NCBI GenBank assembly: GCA_965243135.1
Contig: OZ251539.1
Span: 3,104,001 to 3,168,000, forward strand
Reading direction: 5' to 3'
From: Alphaproteobacteria bacterium
GTDB lineage: Bacteria; Pseudomonadota; Alphaproteobacteria; MPNO01; UBA830
DNA: 64,000 nt
Positions within the stretch are counted from its first letter, which is position 1. Each line of letters opens with the position of its first letter. The notes beneath the pieces were generated by a model. The model saw nothing but the letters and a program-made list of their open reading frames with translations. It was not told the DNA's origin and did no database searches. This document shows positions 48,790 to 57,822 of this stretch, one piece after another. The position numbers and the translations under genes are program-made.

Positions 48790-49944
48790 CTATTGGGAGG
48801 GCGGCTGCGGCTCGGGGGCCAGCGGGGGCGGCGGCGGCTCGCGGACGCCGACGCTGATCTCGGCCGCGAAGGCACCAGCGAAAGCGCCGCGAGTGCCGTC
48901 GCCAAATCTAAACCTGCTTCCCAGCGTGCCTGCCACGAGACGCGGCGTGCCCGGAATGTTCCGGACGTTCCAGAGCTTTCCGCCCCACGAGCCGCGTTGC
49001 TCCGTGACCTCTACCCCCGCCCGATGCAGATCGGTATTGGACAACGTCAAATCGTTGACGCGGAACGTGCCGTCCGGCCTGATTTGCGCCGCACCGAGCT
49101 GAAGCTGATATTTGGTATTCTCACTGAAGGATTCTAGCGACCCCGTTGCGCTATCTTTGACGACGCCGGTGAGCACCGTGTCGCCGTCGCACCCGATACA
49201 GCCCGATATCGTGTTGTCGGCGAAGTTGGCGGTCAATGAAGCTGGCGCCTCGAATTCGCCGATCTCCGTGCTTCCGGGAGCGACCTCCTCAATGTTTGCG
49301 AGTGCGCTTCCGTATTGGGCGACATAAAATCCCCCAGCCGATCCTACGTAAGTTGCGGTCCCGTCGTCGGGCAGGTCCGGTTGCGACCGGATTGCCGTTC
49401 CGTCGACGAACGCGCCCATTTCGACACCCGTGACCGTCGGCGTCGCAGCCAGCAGGTTCTGCCCTGCAATGTGGAGCCAATAGCCTGTTGCCAGCCAGTC
49501 CGCCTGGTTGCTCTCCATAACCGTGAGGCCGGAAAGGGTGACGGCGCCATCGCCAGCGGTGTTCGCGACGCTCCATTCGCGCTCCGTCGCCCACAGAGCC
49601 AGGGAGGAGCGGGTTATGTCGATATCGCCTGTGTCTTCGAACGCATAGGCCGTGTTGAGCGTAAACGTGCTCGAGTTCGCTCGCGTTACCGTCACGATCA
49701 AGCCGTCGCCGTCGAACGCCGCGCTGACCCGATCCGTGGTAACGCCCGCGTCGTGATTCGACGATTGGGTGACGCTGCCGAAGCGGGGAAGACTATCCGC
49801 AACGCTTTCGGCGCTCTGCAGCGTCTTTTCGGGATCTGCCGTGCTGATGCTGTTGGACATCGCGCGGGCCACAGGGGCTGGTGTCTGCGGGACGTCCGTC
49901 ATGGGGGCCGGTTTACTCCCCCCCCCCCCGCACGCGGCAAGCAT
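48790..49944 (-). CDS. TbpB-like surface lipoprotein 1 (5' end uncertain)
   Basis: Lipobox LAAC-GGGGS; GTATY.G, LTANF..TISG, GSWGG, VAGT.G, FAGAF barrel motifs; no canonical start upstream of the ATG four codons before Cys. Confidence 0.75.
   Translation of the reverse strand: MLAACGGGGSKPAPMTDVPQTPAPVARAMSNSISTADPEKTLQSAESVADSLPRFGSVTQSSNHDAGVTTDRVSAAFDGDGLIVTVTRANSSTFTLNTAYAFEDTGDIDITRSSLALWATEREWSVANTAGDGAVTLSGLTVMESNQADWLATGYWLHIAGQNLLAATPTVTGVEMGAFVDGTAIRSQPDLPDDGTATYVGSAGGFYVAQYGSALANIEEVAPGSTEIGEFEAPASLTANFADNTISGCIGCDGDTVLTGVVKDSATGSLESFSENTKYQLQLGAAQIRPDGTFRVNDLTLSNTDLHRAGVEVTEQRGSWGGKLWNVRNIPGTPRLVAGTLGSRFRFGDGTRGAFAGAFAAEISVGVREPPPPPLAPEPQPPSQ
49918..49929 (-). repeat. G12 homopolymer in coding sequence immediately after lipobox Cys
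   Basis: Minus strand TGC GGG GGG GGG GGG AGT; currently in frame. Confidence 0.85.
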
Positions 49945-50243
49945 AAGCAGGTCAAAAGCCGTTTTGCGTTTTCTTCGGCCCGCCCGCAGGCTCGCACGGA
50001 CGCTCAGTCTTCAGAACAAACGCTCATGATCGGCGCCCGCTCGCCCCGTAGCATTTGGCGCTCCCGGAGTCGCGCCGCGCGCCGACGTTCCGCGTTCAGG
50101 CGTCGCAGCATGCAAACAGACGGGGCTGCCCTCGGCGTCGCGCTCCCGAGATCTCGAACGGCGAGCGCCGCCGCGAAATAATCTTCGATTCGCGGAACGG
50201 TTTTCTGCGGCCGGAAGCTCGGATTAGTTGCACAACAAAACGC

Positions 50244-50277
50244 TTGACCGCCCCCCCCCCCCCCCCCCGCGTATGGT
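50244..50277 (+). promoter_or_regulatory. Sigma70 promoter with C18 tract in the -35/-10 spacer (phase-variable type)
   Basis: TTGACC-G-C18-GCG-TATGGT; spacer 22 nt versus optimal ~17. Confidence 0.7.
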
Positions 50278-50418
50278 GCCATGAGCCGACTTCGGCAAGG
50301 AGTGCCAACCACCGATGTGTGTGATGCCGCGAAACGCTTGCTTCCCCAAGGACACGGCACTCAAAAGATGGACTCCCAAGCGTAAGCGGGAAGAGGGAAC
50401 GTGATGAAAGGAAACGTG

Positions 50419-51927
50419 ATGAACATGAGAAGCTCTACGCTATTCATTGGCCTGACCTTGGTCGCCGCCTTGGCAATGTCCGGATGTGGGGGCGGCAGCT
50501 CCAAACCCTCGGTGCAATCGGAGGAAGGCCCCGCCGATGGGGGCGGGCCGCCGACGGGGGGAGGCCTGCCGTCGGCGACGCAATTCAGGTCATTCGCCTC
50601 ATTCGAGTTGACGGACGCCGCACGAGGGCACCTCCGAACCGCAGCCGCGACGGCGGCCAGAAACACGCCCAACTCGGGAAGCGTCACGCAGTCTTCGACC
50701 GGCGACGGCACCACCACCGACAGCGTTTCGGTGAGTGTGACGCGCGGCGCGGACGGAACGATGAGCTATACGGTGCGGGAGGCTGGCGGATGGTCGGTCG
50801 ACAGGAGCAGCGCTGGGGTGTTGGCGGAACCGAGTGGACAAGGCTGGAGGGGCATCGAGTTCCATCAGGCGCCAGGAGGCGGCAAAGGCAGTGGAACGGG
50901 TCCGGGATTGTACGTCGACGTCTACACCGACATCGAGGCGCCGACGACCAGAACGGTGCCGGTATCCGATGGCACCGTGACTGTGCCGACCGGCAGCAGC
51001 ATTTTCAGCGGCAACGTCAATATCTTCACCGCTAGTTACAGGGGTGCCGGATCTTTCAACGGCCAGGAGGGTGTTCTCCGTTGCTCAAGCATGTGCAGAA
51101 TAGCTGGTGGGGAAGTAACCTCGGGAACATGGTCCTTTACGCCCAACCGGCCGCCGGGAGCCCAAGATGTCCCCGGGAGTGCTGCCGGCGTCGTCTTCAC
51201 AGGAACATACGACCGTTCTGGAACGGAGGGCACCTTCAACGGCCGGGCCGGGTCTTTCAGATGCATTTCGTCGTCGTGCGGTCGCAACACATCGAACGGC
51301 CGCCTCACCGGACTCAATGGCGATTGGATATTCGTGCCCAGCGGTGGCACGACGACGGTAACCACGCCAGACGCCGACTATCTGGCTGGCGGCATCTGGG
51401 TGCGGGTCCCGGCCGATGCCGCCAGCGTGGCCGACTACGAGTTCGGCGCCTTCGTGGACGGCAACGACCCCTTCCGACAGGCCAATCTGGCAGGCTTGAC
51501 GGGCACCGCGACGTACACGGGCGCGGGTGACGTGACCGGGGTGTATTCCCATCAGGGAACGAACCGGAACTACTTCGTCGATGGCGATGTGCGCCTGACG
51601 GCCGACTTCGGCGACGCCAGCAGCCTGGGAAGCATCAGCGGAACCATCTCCAACATCACGGGAGAAGGGCCGGAGCCGGATTGGTACGAGGGAGTCAGCG
51701 TGTCGCTGAGGACCGCGCAAATCGGAAACGCCAACAGCGGCTTCTTCACGGGCGACACCTCCACCAGCGGGACGGACTCCGCGTTTACCGGCAAGTGGGG
51801 CGGTCAGTTCTACGGTAACGGGGCCGCGGGCGACCATCCCGGTTCCGTCGCCGGTACGTTCGGCGGAGCGACCGCCGATGGCAGCGAATCTTTCGTCGGC
51901 GTATACGGCGCACGGCGGCAGCAGTAA
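50419..51927 (+). CDS. TbpB-like surface lipoprotein 2 with inserted Cys-paired repeats
   Basis: Signal peptide with lipobox MSGC-GGGSS; GTATYTG, LTADFG, GKWGGQFYG, SVAGTFG, FVGVYGA; alternative starts 50401-50425. Confidence 0.85.
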   Translation: MNMRSSTLFIGLTLVAALAMSGCGGGSSKPSVQSEEGPADGGGPPTGGGLPSATQFRSFASFELTDAARGHLRTAAATAARNTPNSGSVTQSSTGDGTTTDSVSVSVTRGADGTMSYTVREAGGWSVDRSSAGVLAEPSGQGWRGIEFHQAPGGGKGSGTGPGLYVDVYTDIEAPTTRTVPVSDGTVTVPTGSSIFSGNVNIFTASYRGAGSFNGQEGVLRCSSMCRIAGGEVTSGTWSFTPNRPPGAQDVPGSAAGVVFTGTYDRSGTEGTFNGRAGSFRCISSSCGRNTSNGRLTGLNGDWIFVPSGGTTTVTTPDADYLAGGIWVRVPADAASVADYEFGAFVDGNDPFRQANLAGLTGTATYTGAGDVTGVYSHQGTNRNYFVDGDVRLTADFGDASSLGSISGTISNITGEGPEPDWYEGVSVSLRTAQIGNANSGFFTGDTSTSGTDSAFTGKWGGQFYGNGAAGDHPGSVAGTFGGATADGSESFVGVYGARRQQ

Positions 51928-51947
51928 CGCGCCGGTCCGAAACGGGG

Positions 51948-51980
51948 GGAGGGCAGCCGCGCGGCTGCCCTTCTTTTTTT
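51948..51980 (+). terminator. Intrinsic terminator between lipoprotein 2 and Slam 2
   Basis: Stem GGGCAGCC/GGCTGCCC followed by TTCTTTTTTT. Confidence 0.8.
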
Positions 51981-51993
51981 CTCCGTGCCGACG

Positions 51994-53340
51994 ATGAAAT
52001 GGGTCTGCATCCTCGCGGTCGCCGTCCTGCTTCCCGCTTCGGCCTTGTCCGCTTCCGAGAGCTCCCATCTGTCCTCCGACCCTCGGGTCAACGACGCCCG
52101 GGCGCTGATCGAAAGCAGCCGGTTCTCCGAAGCGCTGGCGATCCTGCGTCCGCTGGCCCCGGACCATGCGGACCGCACCGACGTCCTGTTCCTCGTCGGC
52201 CTCGCCGCCATCGGCGCTTCGCAGCAAACCAGCGCCAGAGAAGGGGAGCAGACCGCCCTGCTCGACGAGGCCATCGCCGCGCTGCGCACCATCCTCAACG
52301 ACCGGCCCGGCCTGGTGCGCGTGCGTCTGGAGTTGGCCCGCGCCTTCTTCCTCAAGAGCGATGACGATCTCTCACGTGAACATTTCGAGCGCGTGCTGGC
52401 CGGTGGTCCACCGCCGGCGATGGCGGCGAACATCCGCCGCTTTCTGGAGGTGATTCGGGCGCGCCGGCGCTGGGACGGCCATGTCGGCGCGGTCTTCGCT
52501 CCGGACAGCAACCTCAACGCAGCCTCGGGATCTGATGTCATCCATATCCGCGGCGTGCCGTTCCGCCGCGACGCGGACGCAGGCGCCCGCTCGGGGGTGG
52601 GGATCATCCTGTGGGGCGGCGGCGAATATCAGCATCCGCTCCACCGGAGGCTGCGGCTGCGGTCGGGCGTGGATCTCGCCCGCCGGGAATACGCCGGAAG
52701 AGACTTCGACCAGACCCTTCTGTCCGGGCACGTCGGACCCCGCTGGTTGGCTGACCGAGACGCCGAGGCGAGCCTGCTCGCCAGCGTCCGTCGCCGCTGG
52801 ACCGCCGGCAAGCCGGAAAGCCACGGCCTCGGTGCCCGCTTCGAGGGCGAGCACCGCTTCTCCCGGCGCCTGACGGCGAGCCTGCGCGCCGCCTGGCACC
52901 AGCACGAGTACCGGAGGAACGGGTCCCTGGACGGGCCGCATGCCACTCTCTCCCTTGGGGTCGCCTGGCTCTTGACCTCGACTGCGCGAACCGACGTGAC
53001 GATCGGTCATGCGCGCGAACGCCCCGAATCGGTGTTTCGGCGCAATGCTACCCGCTGGGCGCGGATGGGCCTGTCGATGGCGTTGCCGGCCGTCACCCTG
53101 CACGGCAGCGCCGAATTGCGTCGGACCCGCTTCAAGGGCGACTGGGCTCCGTTCACCTCCGAGGGCGCATCCCGAGCCGACCGGACCCGGATCCTGCGCG
53201 CATCGATTTTCAACCGGGCCTTTACCGTGCGCGGATTCAGCCCGCAACTCGTGCTGACGAACGAAGCGCGCCAATCCAATGCACAATTGCACGACTACAA
53301 GCGCAATCGCGTCGAACTGCAGTTCGTGCGGCAGTTCTAG
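51994..53340 (+). CDS. Slam-like (DUF560) outer membrane translocon, type XI secretion, copy 2
   Basis: Signal peptide, VRVRLELARAFF, APDSNLN, beta-barrel strands, terminal F (QFVRQF). Confidence 0.82.
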   Translation: MKWVCILAVAVLLPASALSASESSHLSSDPRVNDARALIESSRFSEALAILRPLAPDHADRTDVLFLVGLAAIGASQQTSAREGEQTALLDEAIAALRTILNDRPGLVRVRLELARAFFLKSDDDLSREHFERVLAGGPPPAMAANIRRFLEVIRARRRWDGHVGAVFAPDSNLNAASGSDVIHIRGVPFRRDADAGARSGVGIILWGGGEYQHPLHRRLRLRSGVDLARREYAGRDFDQTLLSGHVGPRWLADRDAEASLLASVRRRWTAGKPESHGLGARFEGEHRFSRRLTASLRAAWHQHEYRRNGSLDGPHATLSLGVAWLLTSTARTDVTIGHARERPESVFRRNATRWARMGLSMALPAVTLHGSAELRRTRFKGDWAPFTSEGASRADRTRILRASIFNRAFTVRGFSPQLVLTNEARQSNAQLHDYKRNRVELQFVRQF

Positions 53341-53446
53341 GATGTAGTATCGTGGCCTCGTTCAGTTCCTGCGCTCCGCTTGGGGCGAAGCCGCTGAAAA
53401 CGAGTGCTCGCGAGATGGGTGAAATGACGAAAGGGAGGATCCGACC

Positions 53447-54658
53447 ATGTCGAAAGCTGTTGGTGAAGATGCTGTGCTGCTTCAAGCAGATGGAGGTCTC
53501 CATGCAGGGCCTCGCGTGCGCGCGTTACGCGTAACGACCTCTTCAACGGTCTTGGCATTCGTTATCGCCTGCTGTCTGGCGTTGTCGGCGTGGTCGGCCG
53601 GCGCGCAAGGGGCCAGCGCAGGGGAGAAAGTCAAGCCGATTGACGAACAACTCTGGGATGCCGTCGCCGCGCAAGATCGAGAGTTGGCCGCCAAGCTGCT
53701 CGGGCAAGGTGCGAACGGAGGAGCGCGGGTCAATAAAGGCGGTCTTCATATAGAGAGTTTTCAATTCACGACAGGTGCATCGGGCGTAAAATCGAGCGTA
53801 GGATATTCTTACCGGGCGAACACGGCCCTCAAGAAGGCGGCCAAGGACGGCTCGTCCGAAATGGTCCGTTTGTTGCTTGCGGCGGGCGCTGACGACGAGG
53901 GCGACCTTGCCTTCCAATACGCCGTCCGGAACGGACATATCGATGTCGTGAAGGACTTCCTGGTCGCGCGGTCGGACGACAGGAGCGATTGGGAGGGCCC
54001 TGTCGTCTGCAAAGAGTCCTGCCGGGATCAGTATCGGGGAGAGTTAGGTGAAAAACTGCGAGGCCACTTGTTGAAATCGGCCAACGCCGAAGCGTTCTCG
54101 CTCTTCAGGCAGGTAGGTTTGGCGATTGATTCCGACGGCCTCTCCCCGAAACAGGCGTCGGCATTGCTGGTAGCGGCGATCAAACAAAACGATGCCGAAG
54201 TGGTATTGATGGCCGTTGCCGGCGGAGCCGATCCCAATCCTAAGGGGCAGGTTCCGATACTCGTTGCAGCGATCTCCGAGGAAATGTCGCCTCGAGTCAT
54301 TACCGCATTGTTGGATGCGGGCGCGAACGTCAATGCGAAAGTCACAGGCACGTTTTCAAAAGTGCCGGGCTTCACCGCCTTGCATTTCGCCGCCGGCATG
54401 GGCAATGACGATATTGTTGCGGTTCTGCTCGAAAGAGGGGCGGCCGTCGATCCTGTGTCCGACCGCGCTATGCGGGGGTCGAATAAGGTCACCCCTTTGA
54501 TGCTCGCGGCGAATAAAGGCCATGCGGCGGTAGTGCGTACCCTCATCAGCGCTGGCGCGGACGTGAGTTTGAACCTGTCCGGCATTACGGCATTGAAGGT
54601 TACCAAGAAGGAAGAGATCAGGAAGATGATTCGGGATGCGCAGAAGCGTCGAGATTGA
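53447..54658 (+). CDS. Secreted ankyrin repeat protein
   Basis: Hydrophobic signal VLAFVIACCLALSAWSAGA; ankyrin motifs TALHFAA.MG..DIVAVLLERGA, TPLMLAA.KGH..VVRTLISAGAD; true start may be a little downstream. Confidence 0.82.
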   Translation: MSKAVGEDAVLLQADGGLHAGPRVRALRVTTSSTVLAFVIACCLALSAWSAGAQGASAGEKVKPIDEQLWDAVAAQDRELAAKLLGQGANGGARVNKGGLHIESFQFTTGASGVKSSVGYSYRANTALKKAAKDGSSEMVRLLLAAGADDEGDLAFQYAVRNGHIDVVKDFLVARSDDRSDWEGPVVCKESCRDQYRGELGEKLRGHLLKSANAEAFSLFRQVGLAIDSDGLSPKQASALLVAAIKQNDAEVVLMAVAGGADPNPKGQVPILVAAISEEMSPRVITALLDAGANVNAKVTGTFSKVPGFTALHFAAGMGNDDIVAVLLERGAAVDPVSDRAMRGSNKVTPLMLAANKGHAAVVRTLISAGADVSLNLSGITALKVTKKEEIRKMIRDAQKRRD

Positions 54659-54709
54659 CGTGGCGGCCTGTCGGCCCTCAGCCCGTCGAGTACCACGGAA
54701 TCCAGGCCA

Positions 54710-54859
54710 GCGTCGGCGCGAGACGCCGTCGGCTACACGACGTCCCTCGCCCTCGACAGCTTCGAAGTCACCGTGAACGACGACGAGGTCGGGGCCGACC
54801 TCGCCGCCACGCCCGCGGCGCTCGCCGAATCCGACCCGAACGGGGTGCCGTGGCGATGA
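54710..54859 (+). pseudogene. Fragment of a Calx-beta/Ig-like adhesin repeat
   Basis: Startless frame ASARDAVGYTTSLALDSFEVTVNDDEVGADLAATPAALAESD with VTVNDDE motif and coding-like codon usage. Confidence 0.4.
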
Positions 54860-55275
54860 CGCTCAACGCCTTCGCCGTCCCGGCGGCGGGCGCGGGCGCG
54901 CTCGCGCAGGAAATGCCCTGAAAGCCGGCCGTGCGTCCAGGAACTCGAAAACCTTCCCGGCCAACTTCTTGCAAGTCGCGTGAACGGGATCCGACTTGAA
55001 GCTCTTCCGGCGGATTGTGTTCTCCGCCGACGCATCGCCGCGAGCCGCGGAACCGGAAGCGCAGCGACGAACTCCGGGGGTATGCGGGCGCGCCGCCTTC
55101 CCAGAGCGGTTTCTCGATTCGAATATCCGCGAGGCGACCGGCGATGACCGCCCGGCCCGAAAACGGCCAGCTTTCCTCCGCAGACTGCGCTTGCCGCGTC
55201 ATTCGTCCGGCAACGCGGAAGGTTCGCGGGCGACGACCCGACGGCGACATTGGCATCGAGATCGTCCGGCGCGTC

Positions 55276-57549
55276 TCACGCGCATTTGGAGTATCCGCAA
55301 GAGGTGCAGAGGTCGCAGCCTTCCTGGTGGACGAGGCCGGGCTGGCTGCAACGGGGGCAGAACGCCGGCGGCCGCTGCGGCCCGACGGCCTGAAGAACGG
55401 AGGCTTCGGCCTCGGGCCGGAGGAATCCGATGGCGACCATGTGGTTCTCGATCACGCCCCCGATAGCCGCCAGCAGCGACGGCACGTAGGCGCCGTCCAT
55501 CCACTGGCCGCCGCGCGGGTCGAACACCGCCTTCAGTTCCTCGACCACGAACGACACGTCGCCGCCGCGCCGGAACACCGCCGAGATCATGCGCGTCAGC
55601 GCCACCGTCCAGGCGTAGTGCTCGGTGTTCTTCGAGTTCACGAACACCTCGAACGGCCGCCGCCGCCCGTCGCGCACGATGTCGTTGAGCGTGATGTAGA
55701 TCGCGTGGTCCGACTCCGGCCACCGCAGCTTGTAGGTCGAACCCGGCAGCGCCTCGGGACGGTCGAGCGGCTGCGTCATGTAGACTACGCCCGCCTCAAG
55801 TTCGTCCGCCGGCTTTTCCGCCGCCGGCTCCGGCAGCGGCAGCGCCGGCTCGGCGTCGTCCTTCGGCGCTTCCAGAACGGCCCCCGTCACGTCGTTCGGC
55901 CGGTAGGTCGTGCAGCCCTTGCAGCCCGACTCCCAAGCCTGCATGTACACGTCGCGGAACGCCTCGAACGGAATGTCCTCGGGCACGTTGATGGTCTTCG
56001 AGATCGAACTGTCGACGTACTTCTGCGCCGCCGCCTGCATGCGCACGTGATCGGCGGGAGCCAGCGTCTGCGCGTCGACGAAACAGTCCGGCAACGGCGC
56101 GTCCGGTCCCTTGAGGCGGCGGAACAGCCGCAGCGCGTAGTCCGCCACCTCCTCGCTCCGCCGGCTGCCGTCCGGCATCAGCACGTTGCGCGTGAAGCTG
56201 AAGGCGAAGACCGGCTCGATCCCCGACGAGACGTTGTCCGCCAGCAGCGAGATCGTGCCCGTCGGCGCGATCGAGGTCAGCAGCGCGTTGCGGATGCCGT
56301 GCGCCGCCACCGCCGCCCGCACGTCCTCGTCCAGCGTCCGCGCGAACGCCCCGTCAAGCCAGGCGTCGCGGTCGAACAGCGGAAACGCTCCCTTCTCCCG
56401 CGCCAACTCGACCGACGCCAGATACGCGGCGCGGCACAGCCGCTTCATCCACCCCTCGGCCGCCGCAACCGCCCGGTCCGACCCGTAGCGCAGGCCGACC
56501 ATGATCAGCGCGTCCGCCAACCCCGTCACCCCCAGCCCGATGCGCCGCTTGGCCCGCGCTTCCGCCGCCTGCGCCTCCAGCGGAAACCGCGACGCGTCCA
56601 CGACGTTGTCCATCATCCGCACCGCCGTCGCCACCGTCCGGTCGAACGCCGCCTCCTCCAGCGCCGCGCCCTCCTCGAACGGACGCGACACGAACCGCGT
56701 CAGGTTGATCGATCCCAGAAGGCACGCCCCGTAGGGCGGCAGCGGCTGCTCGCCGCACGGGTTCGTCGCCGAGATCGTCTCGCAGTAATGCAGGTTGTTC
56801 AGCCGGTTGATCCGATCGATGAAGATCACCCCGGGCTCCGCGTACTCGTAGGTCGCCCGCATGATCCGGTCCCACAACTCGCGCGCCCCCACCGTCGAAT
56901 GCACCATGCCGCCGAACCGCAACTCCCAGGCGTCGTCCTTCGCCACCGCCTCCATGAAGGCGTCGGTCACCAGCACCGACAGGTTGAACATCCGCAGCCG
57001 GCCCGGGTCCCGCTTGGCGGCGACGAACTCCCCGATGTCCGGATGGTCGCAGCGCAGCGTCGCCATCATCGCGCCGCGCCGGTGGCCGGCGCTCATGATG
57101 GTGCGGCACATCGCGTCCCACACGTCCATGAACGACAGCGGACCCGACGCATCGGCGCCGACGCCCCGCACCGGAGCCCCCCTCGGGCGCAGCGTCGAGA
57201 AGTCGTAGCCGATGCCGCCGCCCGCCTGCATGGTCAGCGCCGCCTCGCGCAGATGGTCGAAGATGCCGCCCATGTCGTCGGGAACCCCGCCCATGACGAA
57301 GCAGTTGAACAGGGTGACGTTGCGCGGCGCGCCGGCTCCCGCGAAGATCCGGCCGGCCGGCAGGAAGCGGTGGTCGCTCAGCGCCTCCATGAAGGCCTCC
57401 TCGTGGGACGCGGAATCCTTCTCGGGCGCGGCCAGGGCGCGGGCGACCCTCCGCCAGGTGGCCTCAAGGTCGCCGTCGACCGGCGTGCCGTCCGCCGCTT
57501 TGAGGCGGTACTTCATGTCCCAGATCTGCTGCGAAATCGGCGAAGTCAT
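55276..57549 (-). CDS. nrdJ: Adenosylcobalamin-dependent (class II) ribonucleotide reductase with C-terminal TSCPD/Zn-ribbon domain
   Basis: FLPAGRI, TLFNCFV, GGGIGYDFSTLRP, ATNPCGEQPL, IAPTGTIS, C-terminal EGCDLCTSCGYSKC. Confidence 0.94.
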   Translation of the reverse strand: MTSPISQQIWDMKYRLKAADGTPVDGDLEATWRRVARALAAPEKDSASHEEAFMEALSDHRFLPAGRIFAGAGAPRNVTLFNCFVMGGVPDDMGGIFDHLREAALTMQAGGGIGYDFSTLRPRGAPVRGVGADASGPLSFMDVWDAMCRTIMSAGHRRGAMMATLRCDHPDIGEFVAAKRDPGRLRMFNLSVLVTDAFMEAVAKDDAWELRFGGMVHSTVGARELWDRIMRATYEYAEPGVIFIDRINRLNNLHYCETISATNPCGEQPLPPYGACLLGSINLTRFVSRPFEEGAALEEAAFDRTVATAVRMMDNVVDASRFPLEAQAAEARAKRRIGLGVTGLADALIMVGLRYGSDRAVAAAEGWMKRLCRAAYLASVELAREKGAFPLFDRDAWLDGAFARTLDEDVRAAVAAHGIRNALLTSIAPTGTISLLADNVSSGIEPVFAFSFTRNVLMPDGSRRSEEVADYALRLFRRLKGPDAPLPDCFVDAQTLAPADHVRMQAAAQKYVDSSISKTINVPEDIPFEAFRDVYMQAWESGCKGCTTYRPNDVTGAVLEAPKDDAEPALPLPEPAAEKPADELEAGVVYMTQPLDRPEALPGSTYKLRWPESDHAIYITLNDIVRDGRRRPFEVFVNSKNTEHYAWTVALTRMISAVFRRGGDVSFVVEELKAVFDPRGGQWMDGAYVPSLLAAIGGVIENHMVAIGFLRPEAEASVLQAVGPQRPPAFCPRCSQPGLVHQEGCDLCTSCGYSKCA

Positions 57550-57822
57550 CGGAATGCATCTCCATGATTCGATCGTCGACGGCATCCGCAGCGGGCGGAG
57601 CGGAGCTTCGCGCACGCCGACGACGAAGTACCGGCCGCGCATCTGCCGGGCGCGGCCGGCGCGACGGCGGACGCAGGTTTTGCCCGCGGCAGCCGGCAGG
57701 TGCGCCGAGCGCCCCGCATTTGCCGTTGCCTTCCGGGCGACGCGCCCGGCCGGGATTCCGTCGCCGTTTCGCAGGGCGCTTGCGGACGCTTCAACGTCGT
57801 TCGCGGTCCCCGGCGCGGCTGC

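Noticed and set aside
49945-50418. Invertible promoter between the divergent lipoprotein genes
   Set aside because: No flanking inverted repeats or recombinase found; only short direct repeats (AAACGCTTG, AACGTGATGAA)
57550-57820. Cobalamin riboswitch or NrdR boxes upstream of nrdJ
   Set aside because: No B12-box or convincing NrdR palindrome visible
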